The translations under genes were made by a program, and so were the position numbers. The notes below the pieces were generated by a model. That model was not told the origin of the DNA. It saw nothing but the letters and a program-made list of their open reading frames with translations, and made no database searches. This document shows positions 1 to 15,401 of a DNA stretch of 64,000 nt, one piece after another (position 1 is the stretch's first letter; each line of letters begins with the position of its first letter). Source of the DNA: Eledone cirrhosa. Its lineage: Eukaryota. Location of the stretch: positions 69,564,001 to 69,628,000 of the forward strand of contig OZ024741.1 in the NCBI GenBank assembly GCA_964016885.1, written 5' to 3'.

Positions 1-391
1 AATGACCAGTAGATGGACAGACACATAAACACACCTGGACACAGCTTACAACATGTGGGGAAACCAATAAATAAACACAAACACCAGTGCACACATACAT
101 ACATGTACACATACACACAAACATGCACACATACACACATACATGCACACACACACATACATGCACACATACAAACATACATGCACACATACAAACACAC
201 ACCTCACAATAACTAGAACACCTTGAAAAAAGTGTGATATTGTCTAGTCTATTTAAATCTATTGCAGGTGGGATCAACCAACTGGCATTTGTTAGTAATA
301 TATCTGAAGGAAAGAAAAATATGATTTTTTTTTAATCATCTTTTAGATGATATAAATTAATTAATTAAAAAAAAAAGAAAAAATAGATTAA

Positions 392-597
392 CCCTTTAGC
401 ATTTACATTACTCTATATGTACTATTGTATTTTCATGGTAAAGGCTTTAATCTCAGATAATATTGAATCTATGAGATGTTGATATTTATTTTGAGAACAA
501 TACCTTAATATCAGTATGTGTGGCTGGTTACAACCGGTTTGAACAGAAAGAAGTGAGAGAATTCTGGCCGGATGCAGCCAGTTTAAATGCTAAAGGG
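392..597. mobile_element. piggyBac-type MITE
   Basis: TTAA|CCCTTTAGCATTTA...TAAATGCTAAAGGG|TTAA. The right end is partly duplicated at about 608-694. Confidence 0.8.
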
Positions 598-2331
598 TTA
601 ATATAGATATGAGCAGCTGGTTACAACCGGTTTGAACAGAAAGAAGTGAGAGAATTCTGACCGGATACGGCCGGTTTAAATACTAAAGGGTTAATGTACA
701 AAAATAACAAAATACTAAAATCAAAGACTAATATAATGACCAAGTCAAACCAAAGAGTATTGTAGTAATGAAAAATCTCTTTGTCGTGCTGCCGCCAATA
801 AATGTTTATTGTATTGTTTTCTTTCTCAGTTGGATTGTTTACAATGAATCGGCAAAGATATTTTGAACCACAGATTTAAAACATGCAAAAAAAAAAAATT
901 ATTTTATATTTTGTAAAATTTCTTCCTTTTTTTAAAAAAGAAAACAAAACGAAAAATTTTATTTTGGTTCTTTTATATTTTCTATATTATATATATATAT
1001 ATATATATAATTATTTTAAAATTTTGTTTCATTTTAATTTTCCATCTGTTTCATTTTAACTTCTCATTTAAAAAACGTTTTTTTTTTCTTACTATAATTG
1101 GTATCTATTGTCATTTAATTAATTGTTTCCCCCTCTTTCTCTCTCTCTCTATCTCTCTCTATCTGCCCCACTCTCATAAACACACACACATAGTGTGTTG
1201 GAGGTAGTCACACTACTATATATATATATATACACGCACTCACATATATGCAAATGCATATATACATATGCATACATATATATATATGTACATACACACA
1301 CATATATACAAATGCCTATGTACAGAGGTATGTTAGTATAAAAATGCTTGCACACACACACACTCATTCACTCATAAATATTTACAAGTAGTGTGTGAAA
1401 CAAATGATTTTGAAATCACAAATACCATTATTATTTCCATTTAAGTTTAATCAGCATCATCCATCTGAATATTGAGAACATCAGACAAATGAGTCAGTAT
1501 TTTATCAGTCATTGTTACCCTATCATATCAATACACTAGTAGAACTAGTAATGGCAGTACAAATTGCAATGGACTGAACTAGAACAAGAGAGAGGATGAG
1601 AGACTCTTTCTTACACAATTTTAAACTTCGGTTTTTGATCATAAACCTAGTCTTAAACTTGTTTTAGTTTGTGCAGTGGAGCATGATAATTCTTTGTTTT
1701 AAAATCACAGGCAACTTTCAGCCATATCTGTGCATGGAAATAACAATTTTCCTTTTTTTTTTTATATATTTCTATCAACGTAATCATAATTTATACCTTT
1801 GAAAATGTATCTCTGCAAAATATGCATTAAGAAAGTTATGAGGAAACAAAGTCAGATATGGGAGTATTAAACTGTAATTATACAAATGATGGATTATAAT
1901 ATTTACATAATTTTCCCTCATAGCTTCCTTAGTAATGCATGTTTTACAGATATATTTTCAATTGGTGGAAATTACGATTATGTTGGTAAAATTTTGTTTT
2001 TAAATTGTCATTTTCATGACCGCAAACTACCAGAAGCTTGTGATTTTAAAAATAAAGTATTATCAAAGAAAATGGCTGCATATTATCAACAAATATCTTG
2101 AAATGTGTTATTTCCTCATTCCCCTAGTGGTGCTTACAGTGAAAGTCAGAATTTGACTGAAAGATTTCTCTCTCTCTATCTCTCTCTCTCTCTCTCTCTT
2201 TTAAATCTTGAACATTTTCTTTCCAAGAACTTCAACAGCATAATTAAAAATTAGTGTTAACAAACCATATAATGTAATATATGCAATATATATCAATTAG
2301 TGTTAACCTACCATATAATATATGCAATATA

Positions 2332-2411
2332 CAGGATGTTCCCAAAAATTGTATACACATATTTATTAGAATGCTGTTGAAGTGTGTATACAATTTTTTG
2401 GGGAGACCCTG
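2332..2411. mobile_element. Tc1/mariner-type mini MITE inside a ~41-bp tandem repeat
   Basis: TA|CAGG...CCTG|TA with ~29-bp imperfect TIRs. A degenerate relative lies at about 51719-51815. Confidence 0.6.
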
Positions 2412-3084
2412 TATATCAGTTAGTGTTGATATACCATATAATATATGCAATATATATCAGTTAGTGCTAACATACTATGTAATATATGCAATATGTACGT
2501 CAATACTCATCTTTTTCCATTTCTTAGAGGGTTCTAAACCCCACTATCAGGCTAATTTTCTTTAGACAAAATATGGCGAAAGCTTCTATTTCTAACTCAA
2601 TTTCCAACTTCACTCGTCTTCAAAATAAAAATGCTTGCTTTGATATCAATTAACATCAACTTACATAAACAACTCCAAATTTACTCTCTCTGTGTTACTC
2701 TACATAATTTGCAACCTTGCTTCACATCTTCACTTTTTTCAGTGATAAAAAACAAACCAATATTCCGTATGTATATTTTTTTTTAAATCTTACAATAATA
2801 CATATGCATGGGTTGCATCAGTATACAAGGGTCAGCTGAAAATTAGTCAGTGAAAAGAGTCAGAGTTTAACCATTAAAAAAATGTGCACAGTATTACTTC
2901 ATTGTGTATGTGTATATGTATAGTCAACAAAGAAATACAATACAGGAGAAGAATATATGCAATAAAGGTATTTTGGTTTAACACTTCATTGGAAGATATA
3001 TATATATGTAAGTTTATCCTGGGTCAATCGGGAGTAACCACAGTAAACAGTTCTAACCCTGTAGAAACCATTTATATATGTGAT

Positions 3085-3422
3085 GGAGGCACATGGCTTA
3101 GTGGTTAGAGCATTGGTCTTGCAATCGAAGGGTTGTGAGTTCAATTCTCAGACCGGGTGATGTGTTGTTTCCTTGAGCAAGACACTTTATTTCATATTGC
3201 TCCAGTTTACTCAGCTGTAGAAATGAGATGATAGGGACTGGGGTCCATATCATTCCACTGTAAAGTGGTCGTGGAGGTGCCACGGAAAAAAACCACCCAG
3301 CACTCACTGTAATGAGGTTGGTGTTAGGAAGGACATCCAGCTGTAGAAATCAAGCCAGAATCAGTTCCCGACCCACCCTTGCAAGCAGGGAAAAGCGGAC
3401 GTAAAATGATGATGATGATGAT
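3085..3422 (+). mobile_element. tRNA-derived CORE-type SINE with an RTE-like 3' tail
   Basis: A box TGGCTTAGTGG, B box GAGTTCAATTC, CORE-like CCTTGAGCAAGACACTT...CTCAGCTGTAGAAATG, then GTTAGGAAGG..CATCCAGC and a (GAT)n tail. Confidence 0.8.
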
Positions 3423-4334
3423 CTATATATATATATGTATAAGGAAAATTATTTTTAAAAAAGGGTTTGAAAAGTGCACCTGGTATCTATATATATATAG
3501 AGAGAGAGATTTCTTTATATATATATAAAGGACCTTTATAACATGTACAAAAATTGATGTTAGTACATCAATCTTTGTACATGTTATAAGGATCCTTCAC
3601 ATATATATATATACCAGGTGTGCTTTTCAAACCCTCTTTTTAAATCATTTTCCTTATATAACATGATCTGTATAGAACGTTTTCTAATGTTCACACTTTT
3701 TTCATTATATATATATATATATATAAAGATGATACACATCTTTTTCCATTCAGTGGGTTTCTATGCCTTGTTATTAGACTATATTATCTAGTCAAATGTT
3801 ACGGCAAAGCCTTCTATTTCAATTTTCAAACTTCACCTGCTGCTTTCAAAACATACTGCAACACACACACATACTGTAGATGTGGTTGGTGTTAGGAAGG
3901 TCATCCAGCTGTAAAAATCCCAACCAAAATACAGTTCCATCTGAGTAAGGTATGGTGTGGCCAGACATGTCTCATGATTGATATGGGCGACCCATCTAAT
4001 CCATGCAAGCATGGAAAAATAGATGTTATATAGTGATGGTGATATATATATGTATAGCTGAATTTTGTTTAGTTCATCCATAAATTTTTCAGAAGCAAGA
4101 GAGAGAGAGAGATTAACACATCCTCATTATAGTAGCAGTATATACACAGATACATATATATATATATATATATATACTTACACCTACAGAGATGCATTTA
4201 TATTTATGTAAATATGTACACACACACACATAGATAGGCACAAACACATAAATATATTTTTGCACCTCCATTGCAGCAATGTCTGGACAGTATGTCCAGA
4301 AGGTTCTACATGGCATCAATTTTTTCATCTTCCA

Positions 4335-4620
4335 ATCAACCCTGTCATATCTCAGTCTTGTCATATCTCAACCCTGTCATATCTCAACCCTGTCCTATCT
4401 CAACCCTGTCATATCTCAACCCTGTCATATCTCAACCCTGTCCTATCTCAATCCCGTCCTATCTCAACCTTGTCATATCTCAACCCTGTCATATCTCAAC
4501 CCTGTCCTATCTCAGTCTTGTCATATCTCAGTCTTGTCCTATCTCAATCCTGTCTTATGTCAACCCTGTCATATCTCAACCCTGTCCTATCTCAACCTTG
4601 TCATATCTCAGTCTTGTCAT
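4335..4620. repeat. 17-bp minisatellite (CTGTCATATCTCAACCC-like)
   Basis: About 17 tandem degenerate copies. Explains the three overlapping repetitive ORFs. Confidence 0.9.
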
Positions 4621-7214
4621 ATATATAATTTTTATTTAATTCGTTTTGTTCTGATTTTTTTTTTTTTCACATCTTAAATTCTTTATTTTTCACATTTTGT
4701 TTCTTTACATTGAAAAATATTTTTGTTATCCTATGTGTTTATTGGGAGAGATAACTTTACTGATTTGTATGTCTCCCATTTGATAACCCACCAACCAATA
4801 CTGCTGAAGTGCCTAAATCTTACCTCAAATTACCTATTGGTCACTTCACTTAGATATATTATTATTATTATAACATTTCAATTTTTATTTTCTCTTGTTT
4901 TAAAAAAAACCTTTTATTTTTCTTAAATTTTTTTCCATTTTTCAACAAAAAACCCCCAATCCCAATACTTCTCATTCAAATATTGTATCAATATCATCAT
5001 TCTCATCACCATTACTACCACCTTCACCTTCCATTTATAACATTTTTTAAAATTATTTGTTTAGTCTTTGAATGTGTGATTTCCTCTCACTTCATATTTA
5101 CCGTACACAAATATATTTCTACACAGAGAGCACAACACATATATATGCCTATACCAAAACACATACACACATGTTGATATCTTTACATACATACATACAC
5201 ATGTTGATGAGGATAACCATATTCTACATCCTATATAAAGGCTGATGATTTAGGGCCTGATTCAGAAATATCTGAAAGAGGCAGCCAAAGAAACACGTGT
5301 ACCAAATATGATAGCATAGTTAGTGTAATATATATCTGTATACCACAACTCTTCCCATGAATGGGTGCTCATGAATAGGTAGACTTAACCATTACTACAA
5401 TTGTATGTGTGTATATATATATATAATGGGTCAAGTATGAAATTTGTAGAAATTATTTTTACAAATTTCATACTTGACGACCCAATATATATATATATGT
5501 ATGTATATATATATTGATGATGATATACACACACACACCCACACACATACAAGTATCTGTGTGTGCAGATACATACTCATCTTCAAATTCATTTGACACA
5601 CACACACATGTACTTACATGCCTAGCTTTTCAAACACTCTTCACATATTCATCTATATACACAGACTCAGGTAGTCAAAGAATCACTGTTTACTGTAGAT
5701 GATATTGAAGAGGAGAGAGGGCTAGGACAAACATAATTATCAACCAAGCTAAAGAAATCATAAATTGACTGATTTTTAACTCGTTAGCACTCATGATATA
5801 TATAATGGTGGTGAGAAGAATGTGTATCTGCTTGTATATTGTAGTTGTTTAGCTCCAGGTAATCCCTGGTTGAGTAGATTTATGATCACAGCTATTCCAT
5901 CTGTGACCATCATGTCTTTTCAGACATTATCCAATGTGTCCTTCCTTTTGTTTTATTTTCTTTATTAAAGATGGTAGGGTGTGATTTGAGGAAGATTTGG
6001 CTGCTATTTCTAACAAGTTGAGCAACTATATAAGCAGCTCTCTTGTTGGTTTGTCTTTGTGTATGAATATCTGCCTACCTACCTATCTAAGTGTAAATGA
6101 TTGGATCGTCATTACAAAAATAGCAAAGCAGGATATTTTTGATTGCTATGGTACCAGAAATTTCTCTCATCTACAATATACTTTGCCCACTTCTGTCATA
6201 TATATATTTTTTAAATTAGATTCTTTGTTTGTTTGTTTTCAAATTGTATCTCAAAACCTTACTTTGTCAAATTATTTAAACTATGTTTATTAAGAAGCTA
6301 TGCTCTTTTTTTCTACCTGAGATGTTAATATATTTAATATTTTTTATTATGAATATACCAACGTATGCAACAGTATTGTTACAACTCAACAAAGGAGCCT
6401 CTATGAGGTCACTCAGCATGCTAAAACTAGCAGTGAAATTTCCCTTAAAACAGACTGTCATTTTTAAGGTTACATTGTTGTTCAGTATACAATATCTCTG
6501 AAAATAAGACTGGATGTTCATGGCTGGCTTAACAATGCTTTTAATAAGAGCCATCTTGGGATTAAAATACAAAACCTACAACAAATATTGTTACATATAT
6601 AAATAGTGAATATGTATTTGAAAAAAATCATGAAAAGGTGAAAATCGTTCAAATTTAACTTCTTGCATAATGTTGTATATATGTGAGTGTCCATTGGTTG
6701 GAAGTTGACTGGTGTTCCTGCTGTCATATGAAATATATCGGCAAGACCAATATGATCAATCTGAATAGCACTGTACGAAACATGAAACCAGCTGGCCTAC
6801 TATGATGAATAAGTGTTAGAATTATGGTAATGGATAGCAAAAATGCTAGGTTATTTTATAAAATAATTGCCTTACAGTATTTAGTCATATTTCTAATCTC
6901 ACTACAGTTGGCTTTGCCTTTCATACATCCAGGGCCAAAAGTAAAAATCAAATAACTGGGGTTGATTCAATTGACTATATCCTTACAAATTTGTGGTCTT
7001 GTGCTGATATTAGTTAGTATCCTTTATGCATGTCCCAGGAATGAATATATATATATAAATTGGTAAAATCCCAACGGCAGGGCCCACTCCATTTCAGCTG
7101 GCCTGTTTATTCCTAGTCAAAGTCCAGAATGAGGCCAGCCTCATCAGAGGAGACAATCTGTTTGTTTAGTTGATGCAATGACATCATGTTGGGGGTAATA
7201 TTTTTTCATCTAGG

Positions 7215-7253
<39 letters not shown>

Positions 7254-10200
7254 TTTGTGTGTAATAAGTTTAATGTGGAATATTATGGTGGCAGAATGCT
7301 AAAATGGATGAGATATCTAAAGTTTAAGATTAAATACTTAAAAGAGAAATGTAGCAACAACTTCATATGCATCATATCATCTTCACCCCCACCACCCCTT
7401 TCCTATCTTTTTGTTTACAAAAAATAATGTAACTGAGGAATTGGGAAAGCTTGACTGCAGACAACTTGTGTTGTTATAATTTCATGGTCATTTAATTTAA
7501 TTTTTTTTCTTTGCTCTCTTAAAAATTAGTTGGGAGTTTTATGGTGGCAGACAAATGATATATTTATTGTATATATATATATTTTTAATTTGCATGTTAT
7601 TTTTATTCATATTCTTGCCATTGTTTCACTCATATTGATGTGTGTTTTTAGCTTGTGTGCAAACTTTTTACTTCTTTTAAGCCCTAATAAAATGTCTCAG
7701 ATACCTTGCTGTTTTCCTAATAAGCTAAACTATTTATTCCCATTCATACAAGCTCAGATTCAGTGATTATATATAAACATATGCACATAATCATCACATG
7801 GTTACTTCACATACAACCCATATTTGAAGTATGGGCTGTGTATGATATTGACAGACTTTGGTGGTCTATGTCTTCTTAACTTTTTATTTTGACCTCAAGC
7901 TATTTATTTTCGTCTGTTACCACTACTTTACCATTATTTCACTCAGTTTTTTAGTTATCAGAATCTCACCTTCTGGAGTTAGTAAAATATATGCTAGTCA
8001 AGTACTGAGGTTCATATTATCAACTCTGCCATCCCTAAAATTGGGACCTTGTGCATATTTAGCTATGTCCCTCTACAATCTGAACTCAGATCTCACCAGG
8101 CTCCACTTTTCCTTTCAAACTTCTATAGTCAAGAAAATAGAATCCTGGCATCAATTCAATCCATGCTATATCTTCATTGGAAAATGTGAAGCTTTGTGTT
8201 AATCAGAAGTAAAAAACCACTATGTACAAATTTATTTTCAATAATGAACCTGTATACTCTGCTGATCGTAAGTAACCATCACTATTAACTTTCTTTATGT
8301 ATGTTTTATATAGGTAGATGACTTCATTTTCGAAACTAAGCTGCATCTTTTATTTTTTTAACTGGAGCAAAATCTTTTTGATACCTCCTTCTTTAGTATA
8401 GAATTTAGATATCAGATTTATAAATGAGAAATTTGCTCTTAAATTGTTTAAGTTATTATCAGCTTCAAGTTACGATATACACAATACAAGCTATAAATCT
8501 TAGATCCCAAAACTAAGCTATGTATATGAAATAAACATTTTTATTCATATATTTCTACTAAATCGTTATAAAGAACATACCCCACCCTTAGTAATAGTCA
8601 TCAAAGTTATCTCGTTTCTCAGTTCCACCAACACCACGCAATTTTGTCCCTCATTTTTAGTGCATTAGAAAGAAAGGAAGACGTAATCTGTTATTTACTA
8701 GTTAATGTTACACCAACCCTCAGCAGGACCTAAAAGATCTTGGTTGAAATAATCGCCACAACTGGTTACTTCTCGAAATGTATACGAACCTGCAATATAT
8801 TAGAATGATTTCAATTGACAAATAAATTATTCATCCTCTCATATTAATACTGGCCCTATGCCTTATCAAATGGAATCAACGGCACCAGAAAACTATACAT
8901 GAATGGGTGTATGTATGTAATTATATATTTATATGTATATGGGCATTTGAATTTACAAATGGGAGAAAAATGTACTCAATGCATATAGTTCTTATTTAAA
9001 AAACAAGGCTTTCCTCACATTGTATGTGGGAGAGAAAAGCTTGGGAAACACCAATTTAAACTAACCTTGAAGCTACATCACTGAAGGTTGATGTGACGAA
9101 TATTTCTTTGTGCATATGCAACGTTATTGTAAAAACACAGTTATGTTTGAATATAAATTCACACATATACCTGTAAACCATTATATTTACTATATGCATA
9201 AATATGCACACACATATGCTATTGCTATTTCACATTCTTACTCAATCCTCTTTAATGATAGAAAACATACTCAGGAGTACTGTTATTTTCAATTTCAGGC
9301 CTGAACCATGCTTAAGGCTTCTGTCGGGAAATATATATACAATATATATATATATATATCTTTTTTTCTTCTCCATAAATTTCTAATTTATATATATTCA
9401 TTTCACCCCTTGATGTAACCAAGATGTTTTTTTTCTGTGCAACAAATGATTCAACTTTAAAAAGTGTGAGATCTTACTAAATGGAAAAGTAAACTTAAAA
9501 TGATTTGTTAATTATATTTTTTTTAATTGATTCATTTTGTTATAATAATTGTTTTGTCTTTTAGTTATATATATATTTGTCTGTGTCCAATGGTTTCTCT
9601 CTCTCATATATATATAGAAAATACTATACAGGTGTCTTGTTTTGATCTTGACTGCCGGTTGTAAATATATTGCTGTTGACTACCTAATCTTTGAAACTTG
9701 GCTCCACCTTTCATCTTTACAGCTCCAGCATAGTAACCATATAAATATATAATCCATTCATTTAATTTCTGTTTTTTACCTGGTAAGTCCCATAAGCCAT
9801 TATTTAGGTCATTGAAGATGTTGCTATTCAAGCAGTATATGGATGATGATATATATACATTATCGTTCTTGCCATTTAACCCTTTTTTTTTTTGCTTGAA
9901 TGGGTTAGAGAGTAGGCAACTCAGATAATAGTGTCTTGCTCTTATGATCCATTTTGGTTTGGTTTCTACAGCTGGATGACTTTCCTAATGCCAATCAATT
10001 CATAGTGTGTATGGGGTGTGTTTTATCATAGGAGTACTCCATCCTTTTAGTTATACTCACTGTAGTTGTTCAACTTTCTACAAAAATCTAACAAAGCTTA
10101 ATTGCTGTAGTGTACGAACTACTTACTGAAATGAGTTGTTCCTACTCTGTGTTAACTTATTCTTAACTAGATGGACTGGGTTAGGGTTGCTGAGAGTTAG

Positions 10201-13200
10201 CTGTTTTACCAACATGTACAGTTCAACCCCAGTGATGATAAACAAACCATAGCAGTAGACCAACATTGAATTGAATAAAGTCCTCACTATTAACTTGTTA
10301 CTTTTTCATACAGAAAGATTATGTAATCTGCTTGACTCTCATAATGGAATAGCGTGAAAGTTGTTTTACTGTTAGCACCTCTAGCCTTCTTCACAATGCC
10401 ACAGTAACACAGGTTACTGAAGTTGTTTTGTCAACACAGCACTAGTCAACATTATATTGCAGTATGAAGCAGTAGTTCCTTTTTTTATTCAAATCATTTG
10501 AGAAGGAATGCGGAAGATCTAGAGCCAAGTTTCTGTAAAAGAAGTGGACAATCAGGCAAATTTCATTGCTCTTTTCTAGAAGATTTCAAGATGATGTAAG
10601 TGAATACAGTTAATGACAGGCAGTGTTTAGAGCACCACAAAACCAATTCATTTACCAATGTATTTAATTAAAACACTGCATCAAGGTTTGTTTTTATAAT
10701 ATGGTTATTTTACATGGCTTTCATACAAATTTGAAGCCATCAATGACCAACAAACTTATATATATAATTAGTATTATAGCGACTGTCCTACAGTTAAGCT
10801 TATACCTTAGGATAAAGGACCTCTATATTGATATCTACACTCTACTTTCCTTAAGTATAAAGGACTAAGTTGAATAATGTTCTTACTGATTAACTAGTAC
10901 CATCTGTATTATATATGTGTGTGTGTGTGTGTATATATATATATAAAGGAAGCAATTTTTTTTTTAAATCAACCATGACAAACATAGCCCTGCCCCCATT
11001 ATTTCTGTATATATATATGCATGTGTATACATACATACCCACTCTCTATATGTCTGTTAAATGTTGTTTCTACCTAAGTGTTGTGTGACTCTTTTATCTA
11101 TCTGCCTTCTGTTTATCAATCTATGAGAATTACATAATTCATTGTCATCTCATTCAGACTTTTTTTTTCTTATTTTATTATTACAACTACTTTATTCATT
11201 AAATTTTAATTTTATCACCTCATTTAAGCTAAAAAATAAACTTTTAAAATAAAAAAAAAACTGAGCTGACTTCAACTATTTGTCTTATTGTTCAAGATTT
11301 CTTTCCTTTACAAAAATTGTCCTTACAAGTATAAACTTATAACTTCATGAAATTGTAGCTGTACCCTCCCCCTCTCTCTCCCTTTTCCTTGATCCTACAA
11401 ATGATTTCACATTGTTTAAACCTGAAGGGAGCTCTCAGTTTAATAGCCCTTGTGTTGTATTAATATTTTTTTTTTTTCCTTAATTAAAAAAAAAAAAAAA
11501 ATAACTAGGGATGTGTATGTATGTTGGTGCCACCATACTTTTCAACAGTTCAGAATTATAAAAACAGAAAAAAGATGTTTGTTAGTGTAATCTAAATGTC
11601 CAGCTAAATCTCCTAGATGTAGGATGGCCAATTAAGTGACTGGAGTTTATTGAATAAACATTAACATTATGCCAAAAATGTGTTGTGTTAATTATTAATT
11701 TTTTTTTAAATCTTCATTATTCATTTTTGCTACCATCTTTATTAACCTCATTGAAGGGCTGTGGATTGGCAGAGTTATTATTAGATCATTAGTCAAACAC
11801 TTAGTATTTGTTCTGGGTTCAAATCCGCTGAAGTTAGCTTTGCCTTTCATCCTTACAGGGTCAATAAAATAAAATACCAGTAATGCATTGGGGTTGATTT
11901 AATCAAGTTTCCTTTCCCACAAGATTGTTGGCTTTGTACCTAAATCAGAAACCATTATCATTGATGTTCATCAGGTTTGATATTACTCACACCATTATAA
12001 TCTGTGTTTCTTTTTCAACCTCATCAATTTCCTATGTTGTGAGTTCATATCCTACCAGTATTGTCTTTGCACGTTGTTCAATTGAAGGATGAGGTGGTAT
12101 CTACCAGTTATATATTTCAGTCAACTCTGCCAATGTAAAAAAACAGTTATCTTGTTTCCATTGAGACATTACTTAGTCATTTAACTGGCTCAACCACTCA
12201 ATGAGGAAGCCTCATCATTATTGCTGGACATGCATGAAATAGCAACTAAATCTCTCTCAAATCCCACCTATCATAAATAAAAGAACATTAACCCTTTCAT
12301 TACCTTATTTCTAATGAAAGACAATGAAAATAGTTAAGATTTTGGAAGGTGTAATAATATAACTAACCTCCTCATTGTCTAGTTAGTGTTTGGAACATAA
12401 CTTAAGAAAGGTTCTTACATAAAATTGTGATTGGAAGTTTGATATTGTGAAGCCAAAAATGGTTTTACGTGGTTTGGTATCAAAACCATTAAATTACTCT
12501 TAAATACATTATGTCCAAAGAAATACAAGATGGTTTATAGTTAGGACATCTTTGATTTATTCCTGTTTTTTGCATTGTGACTTCAAATCCCACCAAAGCT
12601 AACTTCACCTTTTATCCTTCTGAGGTCGAAAATAAAGTACCAGTCTAGGGTGGTGAATGTTAGAGCTTCAGACAATGTTATTTGTTCCGAGTTCAAATCC
12701 CACTGAGGCCAACATCACCTTATGCACAAAACTGAAATTACATATAACCATTGCATATGTTTTTTCTTGGTAGTATGACCTCCCCAAAGTACAATATTGG
12801 TTTCAACTCACAAAAATTTTGTAAAACAAATATATAATCAATAATATAAAAGTTATCAGCCTGAGAGAGAAAGATTATCTTGAAATTGATCTTTAAAAAA
12901 CCGTCTAGATTGAGATGCAATATATTGTCATGGATCTATCAACCATAAACATGATCTTCCAGTACATGTAGGTTATGAAAATGTTCAACAGAATCTTTTA
13001 GCTGCTTTATAGATGTCCATGTTTACCCCGTTTTCGTATTTATGCCTCTTTTTCTCTCTCAGTCTCTCTTATTTTTGTTTCTTAATTATAAGAGGTATTA
13101 GATAACCTCTCCTAATTCTGTCTTAAATGAATTAAATAAATAAAATATTAACAACTCATCTCAGATATTTAGATGTTTAATAAATTATTCAACATAAACA

Positions 13201-13260
13201 GGTTAATGGAAAAGAACAAAAATAACTGAAGTATTTGTATTATATATCTTAGTTCTTGAG

Positions 13261-13266
13261 TTTATT
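13261..13266 (-). promoter_or_regulatory. Candidate GAPDH polyadenylation signal AATAAA
   Basis: TTTATT on the plus strand about 160 nt past the stop codon. The AT-rich context makes this weak evidence. Confidence 0.35.
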
Positions 13267-13424
13267 TTAGCATTACAACTATGGCTATACTGGAACATCA
13301 CCTTCAACATATATATATATATAAACAAAAATCAAATATAATATTAATTAGACATAAATAACTTAAATTAAAAATTCAGTGAATAAATTCAATTAACATT
13401 GGATATGAAGAAAACAAATTGACC

Positions 13425-13706
<282 letters not shown>

Positions 13707-15284
13707 TTAAAATAAATTACTAGTGTAACAAAATAAAATATAACAAAAAAAGAGGAAATTTAATGCTGTTATATATTCGAATAAATTTCCAACTGAAGGA
13801 TTTGGTTAATATGAATTTTCCCTTCATTGGTCATTGATATTGTTTAACCCTAAATCAACTCTAATTGAACAGATTTATGATCAAAGGTGGCAGTCATTTG
13901 AACATCAAATAGAATGCTTTGGGTATTTGTTCTGGCTTTCTGTGCTCTTTCGAGGTCAATAAAAAACATACCTGTCAAGTACTGGGGTAATACTTCCTCT
14001 GTATCTCTTTCTCTGGAAGAAATCAGCTGTATTCAAACATGGTGGGGATGGGCTCTGCCAAGTTTTAAAAATACCCCAAAAACAGTGTCGCTAATGTGCC
14101 CCTGCAACTCCATGAGTTATGGGTAAAGTAAAAAAAATGATCAAATGTGTAACAGCTTAAACCATCCAGTGTTTTTTTCCAGACACATGTTCTCAGAACC
14201 ACATCTAATATGTCTTAAAACAGTAGGGTGTGACAGTGATGTAACATGGGTCAAGGCAAGTATTGTACCTCCTAACAGGAAGATCATTAGCACTCCTTGA
14301 GTTCCTTCCACTAGTCCAGCATTGAACACCTTACCCACAAGCACATGTATTGTATTTTAAGAAAATATTAATGTAATCAAAGTAAAATACATTTAATGCT
14401 AGTATGCTGAAAATTTTTTCAATATAACCGTATCAAAATCTCCATTGAAATCTCTCAATTAACTAGGTTATTTAGTATTGCTAGGTTGCTGAGTATGATT
14501 AGGTTACTGATTATAGCTATGCTACTGAGCACTGCTTCATTACTCAATACTGTTGGGTTACTCTGTATTCAAATAGCTAGATTACTCAGTACTCCTAAGA
14601 ATTTTGCACCCAAGACAACCATCCCTGCTATGCAATTGGGGTGCAATATTGAGATTTGGCTGCTATTTCTTGTAGGTTGAGTGGCCTCATTGAAGCGCAT
14701 TCACTGCTGAGTGTCTATTTGACAATAGTATTGTTGAATAAACTTTTTGCTGCTATATTTCAAAGATCATTTGTTTTTGACCTTTCTGGATAGTGAATGA
14801 TAGACTTAATCTGTCACCCAGTTTTACACCACCACCTAGCCCTCGTGCTCTTTCTTGCAAGCATTCAGACCAGGTCTGCAATCTGAGTATAACTATATCT
14901 TGATGCACTGCTTCCTATTCACATCTCATTGTTTCTTCTCCATCACAAGTCTCAGAGACCCCTGAAAGGTATTAAGTGGGTGTCCTTCCTCTTTTAACTC
15001 AGCCACAAAACGGAAAAAATAAATTCTTTGGTAGTACATGGGATCACATGCGAGTCACAGGCACCTGGCCTGTCTGAACACTAAGCAGGATGCAGCAGGA
15101 ATGTTAGCGAGATGCAGGCTCCCGGCCCACCCTGACATCAGTATTTTCCCTTCGAGTACCAGTCTAATTTGCAGATGACCTGTCCAAATCTTGATAGAGA
15201 AAGTAGACATCAATTATGATGTTGATAAATAATACTCATTTTGTAAAATGACGCCCAAGAAGATATATATATAATAGAAAGCTA

Positions 15285-15401
<117 letters not shown>

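Noticed and set aside
4260-4677. Three overlapping ORFs of 122-132 aa
   Set aside because: They are translations of a stop-free 17-bp minisatellite.
5203-5280. TTGATGAG and CTGATGA motifs
   Set aside because: No correctly placed GAAA with supporting helices.
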